A stretch of 64,000 bases of DNA from an uncultured Planctomycetota bacterium (lineage in GTDB: Bacteria > Planctomycetota > JBBTDB01). The position numbers were made by a program, and so were the translations under genes. Below the pieces are notes generated by a model that saw only the letters and a program-made list of their open reading frames with translations, ran no database searches and was not told the origin of the DNA. Every line of letters starts with the position of its first letter. Positions within the stretch are counted from its first letter, which is position 1. The DNA lies in the NCBI GenBank assembly GCA_964530615.1, contig CAZHAR010000010.1, positions 17,151 through 81,150 of the forward strand. The letters run 5' to 3'. This document shows positions 1-9,465 of this stretch, piece by piece.

Positions 1-2039
1 CCAAGAGAACTCTGATTTTTGATTTCTGAGACTCCAATATTAGACGTCATAATCAAAATTATATTTTTGAAATCGATTTTTCTGCCCACATTATCCGTGA
101 GCCGTCCTTCTTCCATAATCTGGAGAAGCATATTAAAGACATCGGGATGAGCCTTTTCGATTTCATCTAAAAGAACGACTGCATAAGGGCGCCTTCGAAT
201 CTTTTCGGTGAGTTGTCCGCCTTCATCATATCCAACATAACCCGGAGGAGCGCCGACCAGTCGGGAAATATTGTGTTTTTCCATAAATTCCGACATATCG
301 ACTTGAATGAGTGCGTCTTCTTCTCCAAACATAAATTTAGCCAGGGCTCGAGCGAGCAGGGTTTTTCCTACGCCGGTAGGACCGACGAAAACAAAGGATC
401 CCATTGGACGGCGAGGATCTTTTAATCCAGCACGAGAACGACGAACGGCTTTGGCGATGGTATGAACGGCATCTTCCTGGCCAACGACCGTTTTTTTCAA
501 TTCTTCTTCCATATTCAAGAGTCGTTCCGCTTCATTTTTTTCGAGTCGAGTCAGCGGAATTCCGGTCATCTTGGAAACCGTTTCCGAAACGACGTTTTCA
601 TCAACGATCCCATCGACTTCCTGGTTGGATTCGCGCCATTTTTTTTGAATTTCTTCCCGTTTTTTTCGTAATTTATAGGCCTTATCTCGAAGTTGAGCGG
701 CCCATTCAAAATTTTGGTTCGCGACCGATTCTTCTTTATCTTTGTCGAGTTTACGAATTTCTTCATCTAATTCTTTGAGATCTGGGGGGTGAGTCAATGC
801 TTTCATGCGGACACGCGCTCCTGCTTCGTCCATCACGTCAATCGCTTTATCTGGGAGAAAACGGCCAGAAATATAGCGAGAGGAGAGTTTAATCGATTGC
901 TCTAAGGCTTTTTCCGTATATTGAACTCGATGATGCGCTTCATAGCGATCGCGCAACCCCAAAAGAATTTCCATCGCTTCTTCTTCGGTCGGAGGTTCAA
1001 CCATAATCGTTTGGAAGCGACGTTCTAATGCCCCATCTTTTTCAATATATTTTCGATATTCGTCTAAAGTAGTGGCTCCAATGCATTGGAGTTCTCCACG
1101 GGCTAGGGCCGGTTTTAAAACGTTTGAAGCGTCAATCGCACCTTCAGCACCACCTGCGCCAACAAGGGTATGCAATTCGTCGATAAACAAGATAATATTT
1201 TTTGCGCGACGAACTTCGGTCATCACGGCTTTAATTCGTTCTTCAAATTGTCCGCGGTATTTGGTTCCAGCGACCATTTGGGCTAAATCTAAAACGACCA
1301 CCCGACGATCTTTGAGTAAATCCGGAACTTCATTGGAAATGATACGTTGAGCCAAACCTTCGACGATCGCTGTTTTTCCAACCCCTGCTTCTCCAAGCAG
1401 AACCGGGTTATTTTTTTGACGTCGGCTCAAAATCGTGATGACTCGTTCAATTTCTCGGGTTCGTCCAATTACCGGATCTAATTTTTGTTCTCGTGCGAGT
1501 TCGGTCAGATCGCGTCCAAAAGAATCTAAAGCGGGTGTTTTAGATTTTGGATTGGTGGTAGGAGGAGTCACAGACGCTTTTTCGGTGTTCGGATTTAAAG
1601 GCTCCGCACCCAAAAAATCTAACACTTCATCTCGAACATCTTCTAGTTTTAATCCTAGATTTGTTAATACTTTGGCCGCCACACTTTCGCTTTCGCGTAA
1701 TAAGCCTAACAACAAATGTTCCGTTCCAATATAGTTATGACCCAAGTTGTTCGCTTCTTCAAGAGAAAGCTCTAAAACTTTTTTAGCGCGAGGCGTAAAA
1801 GGAAGTTGTCCCATTGTGACCAAATTATTTCCGGTCTGGACCAGCTTTTCGACTTCTTGCCGAATTTTTTTCAAATCCACGTCCATATTTTTCAAAACAT
1901 TAGCCGCAACTCCGCTTCCCTCCTGAACGAGTCCCAGCAAAATATGCTCGGTACCAATATACTCATGATTAAAGCGTTGAGCTTCTTGTCGAGCTAGCCC
2001 CATCACTTTTCTGGCTCGATCCGTAAAACGATCAAACAT
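1..2039 (-). CDS. clpC: ATP-dependent Clp protease ATP-binding subunit ClpC, cut by the window start (N-terminal ~680 aa present)
   Basis: Minus-strand translation from the ATG at 2037-2039 reads [49 protein letters not shown]..., a Clp_N domain typical of ClpC. A GGAGAA RBS sits upstream. Walker A/B segments are seen as antisense to the plus-strand ORFs in the track at 1072-1734. The plus-strand ORFs listed for 213-1997 are antisense artefacts. Confidence 0.85.
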   Translation of the reverse strand, partial: MFDRFTDRARKVMGLARQEAQRFNHEYIGTEHILLGLVQEGSGVAANVLKNMDVDLKKIRQEVEKLVQTGNNLVTMGQLPFTPRAKKVLELSLEEANNLGHNYIGTEHLLLGLLRESESVAAKVLTNLGLKLEDVRDEVLDFLGAEPLNPNTEKASVTPPTTNPKSKTPALDSFGRDLTELAREQKLDPVIGRTREIERVITILSRRQKNNPVLLGEAGVGKTAIVEGLAQRIISNEVPDLLKDRRVVVLDLAQMVAGTKYRGQFEERIKAVMTEVRRAKNIILFIDELHTLVGAGGAEGAIDASNVLKPALARGELQCIGATTLDEYRKYIEKDGALERRFQTIMVEPPTEEEAMEILLGLRDRYEAHHRVQYTEKALEQSIKLSSRYISGRFLPDKAIDVMDEAGARVRMKALTHPPDLKELDEEIRKLDKDKEESVANQNFEWAAQLRDKAYKLRKKREEIQKKWRESNQEVDGIVDENVVSETVSKMTGIPLTRLEKNEAERLLNMEEELKKTVVGQEDAVHTIAKAVRRSRAGLKDPRRPMGSFVFVGPTGVGKTLLARALAKFMFGEEDALIQVDMSEFMEKHNISRLVGAPPGYVGYDEGGQLTEKIRRRPYAVVLLDEIEKAHPDVFNMLLQIMEEGRLTDNVGRKIDFKNIILIMTSNIGVSEIKNQSSL

Positions 2040-2273
2040 ATAATTCTCCGAATAAAATTAAGCATTAATATTAGAGACACTTATGACAGATGGGATGGAG
2101 ATAAATCCATATTTTTCAAAAATCCTATCTTAACCGCTATGGATTTTAATATGATTGGGAAGTCACTGTCAAGGCAACCGCATTTTCTTTTCACCTTCTC
2201 CTTTTTTAGTTTTTTTTGCAGATGATTGATAGTCTAACCTGATCTTTCCGATTTGCCCAATTCTAGAAATAAA

Positions 2274-2297
2274 AAAAGCCGCTTCTGCGGCTTTTAG
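2274..2297. terminator. Bidirectional intrinsic terminator-like hairpin (GCCGC-TTCT-GCGGC flanked by an A-run and a T-run)
   Basis: aaaaaaaGCCGCttctGCGGCtttt lies between the clpC start and the stop of the lipoprotein gene at 2332. Confidence 0.5.
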
Positions 2298-2331
2298 AAA
2301 TTAAATTTTTTTAAATGAAAAAGAGAACGGA

Positions 2332-3576
2332 TTATTCTGTTTTTAATTCGGATTTTGCGTCATTTCCTTTACCCACAAGAAGAACTTCCGATTTTGCTTT
2401 CATTCCCCCTTGCATTGTAGTATCGGTGGTCGTTTTTACCATTCCGCTTAATGGAACATCAGCACAAGTGTAGCTCAGCGATTCTGCTTGATAAGCACCG
2501 TCTTTTTTGCTCATTTTAATCTGTTTTACGGTACAACTAAATTCGCCAGCGGGAACTTTAACGTCTTCTCCTGAAAGCTCTTCTTCTGCATATTCATAAT
2601 CATCGGAAGTTTGTGGGTCGCTTCCTGCGTCCGAAATTCCGATTTCTTTTCCTTTTCCATCAACAGCGCCTGCATAGGCCTTCTGAACTTTATGATCTGT
2701 GGAACTATCCACCAAAAACTTCATCACATATTCCATTTTTTGGGCAGGCATTTTATAGCGCATTTCTACCCAGAAATTGCCGCCATCTTCACCGACTATC
2801 GCCATTCGGTAGCTTACATCTGAACCCGCAGAATATTCGGTCCATTGCCCGGCAGAAATATTTTCGCCTAAGGGTCCTAATTTATAAGGAGCTTTCATAT
2901 TGGCAAGCATCGCAGTCATCATCGGATTTTCGACTTCGACATCAATTTTTCCAGTGGTGAACGAAGCCGATTTTTTGAGAGTTCCATCAACGGTTGCTTC
3001 CCAAGTATATTTTGTATTGGCTTCCAGACGACCTGTTGTAGAAATACTACCCCAGCCTTGTACAGAGGGATCAAATAACTTAAATTTGTAAGATTTTTTT
3101 AGATCGCTAATGGCGGCAGAGTAGACTTGTGTTCCTTGACTCGTGATTTGAAACATCACAATAGAATTAGGATTATTGCTCAAATCCCATGCAAATTCTG
3201 GAATGACAGAAACTTCAGTAGCCCCTTCCGCTGGAGATTTTAAAGTAATTCCAGAAGCGGTATTGGAGGTGTTGGAAGTGTTGGAGGTATTTGAGGTATT
3301 TGAGGTATTGGAGGTATTGGAGGTATTGGAGGTATTGGAAGTATTTGAAGTATTCGACGACGTTTTAGAGGTATTGGAGGTATTGGAAGTATCGTCTTTT
3401 TTAGCTGTATTGGAAGTATCGTCTTTTTTAGCCGTATTGGAAGTATCGTCTTTTTTAGCTGTGTTCTTATCTTCATGAGTTGATTTATTAAGATTTTCCG
3501 CGTTTTGTTGAAAATTTTCGCAACCCACGATAAAAACAATGGCAAGTGCCATAATAAGAATTGTTCGAAATAGCAT
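2332..3576 (-). CDS. Lipoprotein with a low-complexity TSN/KKDDTSN repeat region and a conserved C-terminal domain
   Basis: 414 aa ORF with a signal peptide plus lipobox (LAIVFIVGC). It has three copies of TAKKDDTSN followed by a long (TSNTSN)n tract, then a non-repetitive ~300 aa domain. Confidence 0.7.
   Translation of the reverse strand: MLFRTILIMALAIVFIVGCENFQQNAENLNKSTHEDKNTAKKDDTSNTAKKDDTSNTAKKDDTSNTSNTSKTSSNTSNTSNTSNTSNTSNTSNTSNTSNTSNTSNTASGITLKSPAEGATEVSVIPEFAWDLSNNPNSIVMFQITSQGTQVYSAAISDLKKSYKFKLFDPSVQGWGSISTTGRLEANTKYTWEATVDGTLKKSASFTTGKIDVEVENPMMTAMLANMKAPYKLGPLGENISAGQWTEYSAGSDVSYRMAIVGEDGGNFWVEMRYKMPAQKMEYVMKFLVDSSTDHKVQKAYAGAVDGKGKEIGISDAGSDPQTSDDYEYAEEELSGEDVKVPAGEFSCTVKQIKMSKKDGAYQAESLSYTCADVPLSGMVKTTTDTTMQGGMKAKSEVLLVGKGNDAKSELKTE
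3240..3470. repeat. Tandem DNA repeats inside the lipoprotein gene (9/18-nt ggaggtatt/ggaagtatt units and three copies of a ~27-nt unit)
   Basis: The repeats are directly visible, for example ggtattggaggtattggaggtattggaagtatt and three copies of tattggaagtatcgtcttttttagc. The antisense ORF VLEVLEV... at 3176-3478 is an artefact of this repeat. Confidence 0.75.
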
Positions 3577-3698
3577 AAAATCGCCTTATAAAGAACAGGA
3601 AATGACAAGTTACACAAGCACCCAGAAATTTAAAAGGGTTATTTTAACTTCAAAGGTTGGAACAGATCAACAAAAATCTGGAAAAACAATCTCAAGCG

Positions 3699-6005
3699 TT
3701 ATCGCAAAACTTTACGTGTAAATGTTGTAACAAAAAGAGTTACAAAAAAAAGACCCAATAATCCTTCAAAAGCGACTCCATATTTTAGCCATCCTTTGTA
3801 ACTTGCATGAGAATCGCCTCCACTGAGGGCGATAAAATTACAAAAACTAAAGTAAAGATAGTGTTCAAAAGGGGAAGGAGAGAAAAGCGTAAGTGTTTCG
3901 GCAAATTCTTCTCCAGAAAAGATAATTTGAGGTTTATGCTGTTCAAGGAAAAAATCGCCATATTGAAAAAATAAAGCAAAAACAAGCACTACAAAGAATC
4001 CAGAGAACACTAATCGAAAGGGTTTTGTGCAGTATCCGCAACCGAGATCATAGATCAAAAAATCTAGCCAATGCGGTATTTTAGCCCAAGGTTTATACCA
4101 AGGAACCGCTTTTTGCTTCGATTTTCGTTCATATTTTTTAAAGAAATAATAGGCCCAATCCATTTCATCGTAAAGATTTTGGCCCTCAAACATATTTTTG
4201 AGAAAACCAAATTCTTGTTTCGCAATTTCGAAGTTTCGTTCCTCAACAGATAGAAGATGATCTTCAATTTGTTCTTTGCGTATCAACAAATTCTGAACAT
4301 GAATATCTTCCAGCGAAATTTGATGAAATCGGCTCCTTTCAAGCGAGAACTCATCTTTACACTCCGATTTTTTTAAGGAGAACAGGTTGTGAAATTCGTT
4401 TTCAATAAAAAAGCCTTTGCCTAGAAAAGCGCAGGCCTCAAATAGCGCTTTTTTCAAAAATTTCGCTTGATGGAAGTAAATATCTTCTTTAAAGAGGGCT
4501 TGGGTGAAAATGGCGTCTTGATGGAACGTGACTTGAGTAAAATCCACTTTATCCCAGGTACGTATTTTTTGAAAATCAGCTTGCTGTTGAAAAATAGTTT
4601 CTTGAAAACTAATTTTTTCCAAAAATTCACTCTGGGAAAAATAGACGGTTTGGAGAAAATGGATTTGAGAAAAATCGACGATACCGGCAAAATAAGCTCT
4701 TTGAAAAGAAACAGATTGTTCAAAACGACATCGATTCAAATCCGTTCTTTCTTTGACTTGCAATTCTTCCGCATAACACTCATGGCAAACTCTTCCATGA
4801 AGAAAGCTTAAGGATCCGTTCAGAGAGGTGCGACGTAGTGAGATTTTCCCTTGAAAGTCCCCTTCGTCCAGATTCAGTTTACCGTGAATCAAACAACGAG
4901 AAAAATCGGCGTCTCCGTGAACTTGAATTCGTCGAAAATCGGTGTCTCCGTGAACCTGAATTCCTGAGAAATCGAGACCGCGTTTAAAGAGGGTTTGAGA
5001 AGCGAAAAGATGTTCTTTACAGATGATACTGGAAAAGTCGGCCCATTCCGAAAATTCGGATTGGGTCAGACGCAAACAGGTAAAAGTCGCCTGAAGAAAT
5101 TCCGCACCCGCTTTGAACCGACAATCATCAAAGGAGGCTTCTCCTAAAAAAAAAGTTTTCGAGAAATTAGCTTCTTCTTCAAAATAGCATCCGTTAAAAA
5201 TGGCTCCTCGATTGAAGGTCGTTTGTTTAAAAACAGCTCGTTGTTGAAAAACGGACTCGGTAAAACAGCATTCTTCTTGAAAAAACGATCCTTGGCAAGA
5301 AGCAGGTTGGAGAAATGTTGAATTTTGGAAAACCGCTTTTCCAAAACAAAATCCTCCGTCAAAGAAAAAAGAATTAAGAAATCGACAGGCTCGAAAATCA
5401 ATTCCTTGGTAGAAATGACAATGATTGAACGAAACTTTTTTAGAGAACGTAATTTCCGAGAAATCGGCCTCTTCCAGAAATAGAGCGTCTTCAAAACAAG
5501 CTTCTTGAGTACAACGTAAGCCTGAAATTTTTCGTGTTTCGTGCTGATTTTGTGCATAGCTAGAACCGAAGCGGGCCGTTTTAAGAAATAAAGTTCCAGA
5601 GAAATCAAGGGGGCCTTCACAAACGGTTTGTTGTAAACAAATTTCGTGAATAATCGAGTGACGAATCTGTAAGGGTTTCTCCAAAATCATTCCAGAAAGA
5701 TTTAACTTTCGAATTCTGACATTTTCTAGAGGTTCTCCTGCTAAAATTTTCTTGAGCGCCTCTTCTTCGGATATCGCTCTAAAGGGGGCAGGATTCTTTC
5801 CTTCCAGTAAGGAAAGAATCCATTCTGCTTGCTCCGGATCCATTTTTTTTAGCAGAGCCTCACAGAGCAGATAGGGCGGTTGTTGAACCTGTTGAAATGT
5901 CTCTAAATATTCGAGAGCCTTGCTCGGAGAAATAAATCTTCGATTAACGGCAAGTTTTGTAATGAGACGCAGAGAGAAGGTTTCATGAAGCAAGGACAGG
6001 TTCAT
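3699..6005 (-). CDS. Pentapeptide-repeat protein with an N-terminal helical domain and a C-terminal two-helix membrane segment
   Basis: 768 aa. Roughly 450 aa are tandem pentapeptide repeats (A[DN]FSx / xxFxx pattern such as ADFSEITFSKKVSFNHCHFYQGIDFRACRF...). The C-terminus carries hydrophobic helices FRLVFSGFFVVLVFALFF and GLLGLFFVTLFVTTF. Confidence 0.7.
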   Translation of the reverse strand: MNLSLLHETFSLRLITKLAVNRRFISPSKALEYLETFQQVQQPPYLLCEALLKKMDPEQAEWILSLLEGKNPAPFRAISEEEALKKILAGEPLENVRIRKLNLSGMILEKPLQIRHSIIHEICLQQTVCEGPLDFSGTLFLKTARFGSSYAQNQHETRKISGLRCTQEACFEDALFLEEADFSEITFSKKVSFNHCHFYQGIDFRACRFLNSFFFDGGFCFGKAVFQNSTFLQPASCQGSFFQEECCFTESVFQQRAVFKQTTFNRGAIFNGCYFEEEANFSKTFFLGEASFDDCRFKAGAEFLQATFTCLRLTQSEFSEWADFSSIICKEHLFASQTLFKRGLDFSGIQVHGDTDFRRIQVHGDADFSRCLIHGKLNLDEGDFQGKISLRRTSLNGSLSFLHGRVCHECYAEELQVKERTDLNRCRFEQSVSFQRAYFAGIVDFSQIHFLQTVYFSQSEFLEKISFQETIFQQQADFQKIRTWDKVDFTQVTFHQDAIFTQALFKEDIYFHQAKFLKKALFEACAFLGKGFFIENEFHNLFSLKKSECKDEFSLERSRFHQISLEDIHVQNLLIRKEQIEDHLLSVEERNFEIAKQEFGFLKNMFEGQNLYDEMDWAYYFFKKYERKSKQKAVPWYKPWAKIPHWLDFLIYDLGCGYCTKPFRLVFSGFFVVLVFALFFQYGDFFLEQHKPQIIFSGEEFAETLTLFSPSPFEHYLYFSFCNFIALSGGDSHASYKGWLKYGVAFEGLLGLFFVTLFVTTFTRKVLR

Positions 6006-6687
6006 GATGTTTGAGTCCTTTTAAATTTAATCCCATCCATTCACAATACGCATCAATCTCATGAAACACTTTAAATCCTAACATTTTGAATTTTTCGATG
6101 GCATAGAGATGATCTTCTTGTTTGGGGCTAGCGCATAGAGGTTCACAGACGGCGATATGGTTGAAATACGGAGCCAAAGTTCTTAGGCAAATCAGTAGAT
6201 ATTCGACTTTCACGTGGGTCCAAACGCCCATCACACCCACACGAATATGTTCCGTTTTGGTTTTACCTCGAATTTCTTCCATCACACTATAGTAGCGTTT
6301 ATCCGCGATCGGATTGATTGAATTTGCTCGAATAATGTATGTTTTGGGGCTCCAGCGATACTCTTCCAATTCTCCGGCAAGTTTTGCTCCATCGGTTCCT
6401 TTTACGCAGTGTTCGCCAAAAATAGGGAATTCTTCACAAGACTTCGCGTGCCAGTCTTCATCAATCACAATAGAGACTTTTTCAGATCCGGAAATTTTAG
6501 GATCAAAAAAACGCGAAACCACTGTGACAAACGGATCCGGCTTCCCTTCGAGGCCCCGAAGTTTTAACGCGGATTCATATCCAATATGTAACCGATTTGG
6601 AGGCTCTTGTCCTTTGGCGATCTTGTCAATAAAATCTCTTTGAGGACAAACTAGGAATTGAATACTTTTCTCGATTTGTTCCGCCAT
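5983..6687 (-). CDS. Isochorismatase-family (cysteine-hydrolase-like) protein, tentative
   Basis: The N-terminus FLVCPQRDF resembles the isochorismatase VIDMQNDF motif, and K-x-Y-S resembles KRYYS. The usual catalytic Cys is not obvious, so the assignment is weak. It overlaps the pentapeptide gene by 23 nt. Confidence 0.4.
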   Translation of the reverse strand: MAEQIEKSIQFLVCPQRDFIDKIAKGQEPPNRLHIGYESALKLRGLEGKPDPFVTVVSRFFDPKISGSEKVSIVIDEDWHAKSCEEFPIFGEHCVKGTDGAKLAGELEEYRWSPKTYIIRANSINPIADKRYYSVMEEIRGKTKTEHIRVGVMGVWTHVKVEYLLICLRTLAPYFNHIAVCEPLCASPKQEDHLYAIEKFKMLGFKVFHEIDAYCEWMGLNLKGLKHHEPVLAS

Positions 6688-6882
6688 AAAACACTCTTTT
6701 CAATTTTTGTTACACTACTTCTCTTTCGAGCAAAATATCTTCATTTTTAGACGTTATGTTCATCTTAGTTATTTTTTGGATTCTGTTCAACTTCAAGAAA
6801 ATTTTTGATCTTTTTCTCCTTTCCGCTGGTTTATTTTTTTATTATTTTTTTATTACCATTTAGATTGAATCTCAAAGTATTT

Positions 6883-9258
6883 ATGCACTCCAATTCTCCT
6901 TCAAAAAACATTTCTACTCCTCAGAGTCAAACCGCTCCTGAAAAAAAACATCCAGAACGATTTCTTTTTTTTCATCAAAAACCGATGGATCCAGAGATTT
7001 TTTTAAATTTGTTTCCAGAGGGAGTTGACTTGTATGACCTTCCCTCATGTGAACTATGTCGAAGTACCCTCGCAGAATCACAGATAGAGCGAATCAGGCA
7101 AATTGATGTTTATTTACGACTCCATGAATCGGAACTTAAAACCATTTCAGGAAAAATTCGAAAGAAAGCGGAAAAGTGGCTCAAAAAATATCTCTTTTCC
7201 TCAATTGAAGCGCATTTTTTAGGTGCCTTAAAAGAAGCACAAACGTACCATCAAAAACTTCAAGAAAAAAGTATTCCTTCGTATCCACAGTTCTGTTATT
7301 GTACTCAATGTAAAACCCAAGTAGAAGACTGGAAAGAGAAACGACTAGAACAAGTTCGCGCGGTGGCGCGAAAATTTGATATTCGTAATAAAGATGTGGA
7401 TTCGTTTTCGAGCTATTGTCTTCATCATCCCCAAGAATCACCGACTTCTCTTCTCTTTCCTTATTGGGAAGAAACACCCAAGGGAAAGAAATTTTTTCTT
7501 GAAGCCTTACAAAAACTTTTAAAAAGGCCCGTTCTCGCCCCCTTACTAAAAAAGTATACGCTTCCTTCCACGAGTATGAACGCGCTTCTTCAGAAGTTTC
7601 CAGAAACCCTAACAAAGGGACTGGTTAAGGAGCTTCTAAAAACGCCAACCCATGCGGAATGGTTTGCTCAGATCGCCCCTGATATGGAAGCGTATATGGC
7701 CCAGTTCGCTCAAGATAATCCAGATTTGGTCCACATTGAACTGGAGCGTAGCGAATTGGAACGACGGCTAAATTTAGCGACCAATATGAAGTCACCTCAT
7801 CTTTTTTATAAAAAAGCGCGTCAATCCTATCGCGATATTATTTTTCATATTGGCCCGACGAATGCCGGAAAGACCTATCACGCATTTGAAGCGTTACGTC
7901 GCGCCAAAGATGGACAATATCTAGCTCCGTTAAGGTTATTGGCACAAGAAGGTCAAGATAAGTTGGCTCAGCATTCGGTTAGAACTAGCTTGATTACCGG
8001 AGAAGAACGAGATCTGGTGCCTGAGGCCACCCATATTTCCTCCACAATCGAAATGGCGGATTTAAATCATCCCAAAGAAATCGCGGTCATCGATGAAATT
8101 CAGATGATTAACGATAAAGATCGAGGATGGGCGTGGACACGAGCTTTACTTGGATTTCCAGCCAAAGAAATTCATCTTTGTGGAAACGAAGAAGCCGTCC
8201 CGATTGTGGAAACACTGGTTCAAATTTGCGGAGACTTCTTGACGAAAAAATACTATAAACGTCTCACTCCCTTACGAGTCACTGAGCATCCTGTCCCCCT
8301 AGAAAAACTAGAACCCGGAGACGCAGTCATCGCGTTTTCGAGAAGGGCTCTCCATGAACTAAAATATGCCCTCAAACAAAGGGGATTTTTAACTTCTATG
8401 GTGTATGGCGCTCTTCCTCCAGAAGTTCGACGTTCGCAAGCCGCACTCTTTAATGCACGAAAAAATGAAATCCTTTTGGCAACGGATGCCATTGGAATGG
8501 GATTGAATTTGAATATCAATCGAATCATCTTCTGGGAGTTAACCAAACATTATAATCTTCAAGTCTATGACTTAACCCCCGCGGAAATCCTTCAAATCGG
8601 AGGACGGGCCGGACGTTATGGATACCATGATATTGGCTATGTTTCCGGAGTTAATCATCATTTGCATCGTAAAATTCAAGACGCATTTGAATCGTCTGTG
8701 ACTCCAAATGAAAAAATGAGAGCTGGACTCAAGCCTGAATTTACTCATATTCAAGCTCTTCAAGAAGCCGCAGGCTACGGAGATTTACCCGCACTCCTTC
8801 TGGAATTCAGACGAAGAGCCACAACCGATCGTTCGGTTTATCAGCTTTGTCGTATGGATGATATGATTGAATTGGCTCAACTCACCCACCCGGCGATGCC
8901 ACTCGAAGAACGATTCCTTTTTTGTTGCGCACCCGTCGATATGCGATGTACGTTGCCGATTCAGCTTTTCCAACAAATGGTTCATGCGAGAGCTCAAAAA
9001 TCAGTCCTGCCCCTAGTTCTGAAAGCACCGAAATTTCAGAAAAAAGATCCGGATGAAGAAAATGTCATTCTTCAGGTTTTCGAAGAACGTATTAAGACGA
9101 TTGATGTGTATTTATGGTTGGCGTATCGTTACCCTGAAACCTTCCCGAGTCTAGAGGACGGTATTAAACAGAGGGTGGAACTATCGACTCAGATTAGCGA
9201 AATTTTGGCTCAAACCCGTCCTAAAGAAAAACGAAAGCACAAACAGAAACGGTTTTAA
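6883..9258 (+). CDS. SUV3-like ATP-dependent RNA helicase (superfamily 2) with a ~300 aa Cys-containing N-terminal extension
   Basis: Helicase core motifs are present: GPTNAGKT (motif I), DEIQM (DExH-like motif II) and LATDAIGMGLNL (motif V-like). The overall architecture matches Suv3/SUPV3L1. The N-terminal extension contains CELC...CYCTQC...CLHH. The start is taken at the ATG at 6883 (MHSNSPSK) rather than the track start at 6805. Confidence 0.7.
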   Translation: MHSNSPSKNISTPQSQTAPEKKHPERFLFFHQKPMDPEIFLNLFPEGVDLYDLPSCELCRSTLAESQIERIRQIDVYLRLHESELKTISGKIRKKAEKWLKKYLFSSIEAHFLGALKEAQTYHQKLQEKSIPSYPQFCYCTQCKTQVEDWKEKRLEQVRAVARKFDIRNKDVDSFSSYCLHHPQESPTSLLFPYWEETPKGKKFFLEALQKLLKRPVLAPLLKKYTLPSTSMNALLQKFPETLTKGLVKELLKTPTHAEWFAQIAPDMEAYMAQFAQDNPDLVHIELERSELERRLNLATNMKSPHLFYKKARQSYRDIIFHIGPTNAGKTYHAFEALRRAKDGQYLAPLRLLAQEGQDKLAQHSVRTSLITGEERDLVPEATHISSTIEMADLNHPKEIAVIDEIQMINDKDRGWAWTRALLGFPAKEIHLCGNEEAVPIVETLVQICGDFLTKKYYKRLTPLRVTEHPVPLEKLEPGDAVIAFSRRALHELKYALKQRGFLTSMVYGALPPEVRRSQAALFNARKNEILLATDAIGMGLNLNINRIIFWELTKHYNLQVYDLTPAEILQIGGRAGRYGYHDIGYVSGVNHHLHRKIQDAFESSVTPNEKMRAGLKPEFTHIQALQEAAGYGDLPALLLEFRRRATTDRSVYQLCRMDDMIELAQLTHPAMPLEERFLFCCAPVDMRCTLPIQLFQQMVHARAQKSVLPLVLKAPKFQKKDPDEENVILQVFEERIKTIDVYLWLAYRYPETFPSLEDGIKQRVELSTQISEILAQTRPKEKRKHKQKRF

Positions 9259-9358
9259 GGTCCCCCTCTGGAGGAAAAGTGGACGGAAAGCGGGTCCTAT
9301 TACAATATCCCGTGGATTAGAGCAATTTTACTCTATTAAGAAGAGATTCAACAAACAA

Positions 9359-9395
9359 AAAGGCACTTCAGCGATTGAAGTGCCTTTTGTTTATG
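9359..9395. terminator. Bidirectional intrinsic terminator between convergent genes
   Basis: aaaaaGGCACTTCAgcgaTTGAAGTGCCttttgttt, a 10-bp stem with flanking A-run and T-run. Confidence 0.55.
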
Positions 9396-9465
9396 TTAGA
9401 TTGAGATGCAAAGGTTTGCGTCTCTGTGGTAAAGACACAAATCCTGCGTCTTTATACAACAGTCA

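Noticed and set aside
213-1997. Plus-strand ORFs in the track (213-425, 404-778, 462-671, 1072-1350, 1435-1734, 1806-1997)
   Set aside because: They lie antisense to the well-supported clpC reading frame on the minus strand. They show no family resemblance and have odd composition, so they are treated as shadow ORFs.
2041-2331. CtsR operator or other heat-shock regulatory box upstream of clpC
   Set aside because: I looked for the GGTCAAA-N3-GGTCAAA direct repeat. Only a single loose GTCAAGG-like half-site is present.
3176-3617. ORFs VLEVLEV... (3176-3478, plus strand) and the PIPPIP-rich ORF (3240-3617, minus strand, a different frame from the lipoprotein)
   Set aside because: These are alternative-frame translations of the tandem nucleotide repeat inside the lipoprotein gene. 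The lipoprotein frame has the signal peptide, lipobox and a conserved C-terminal domain.
4064-5620. Small ORFs nested in or antisense to the pentapeptide-repeat gene (4064-4267, 4071-4253, 4454-4723, 4467-4811, 5144-5620)
   Set aside because: They are low-complexity translations of alternative frames of the repeat-rich gene. None has an independent RBS or recognisable fold.
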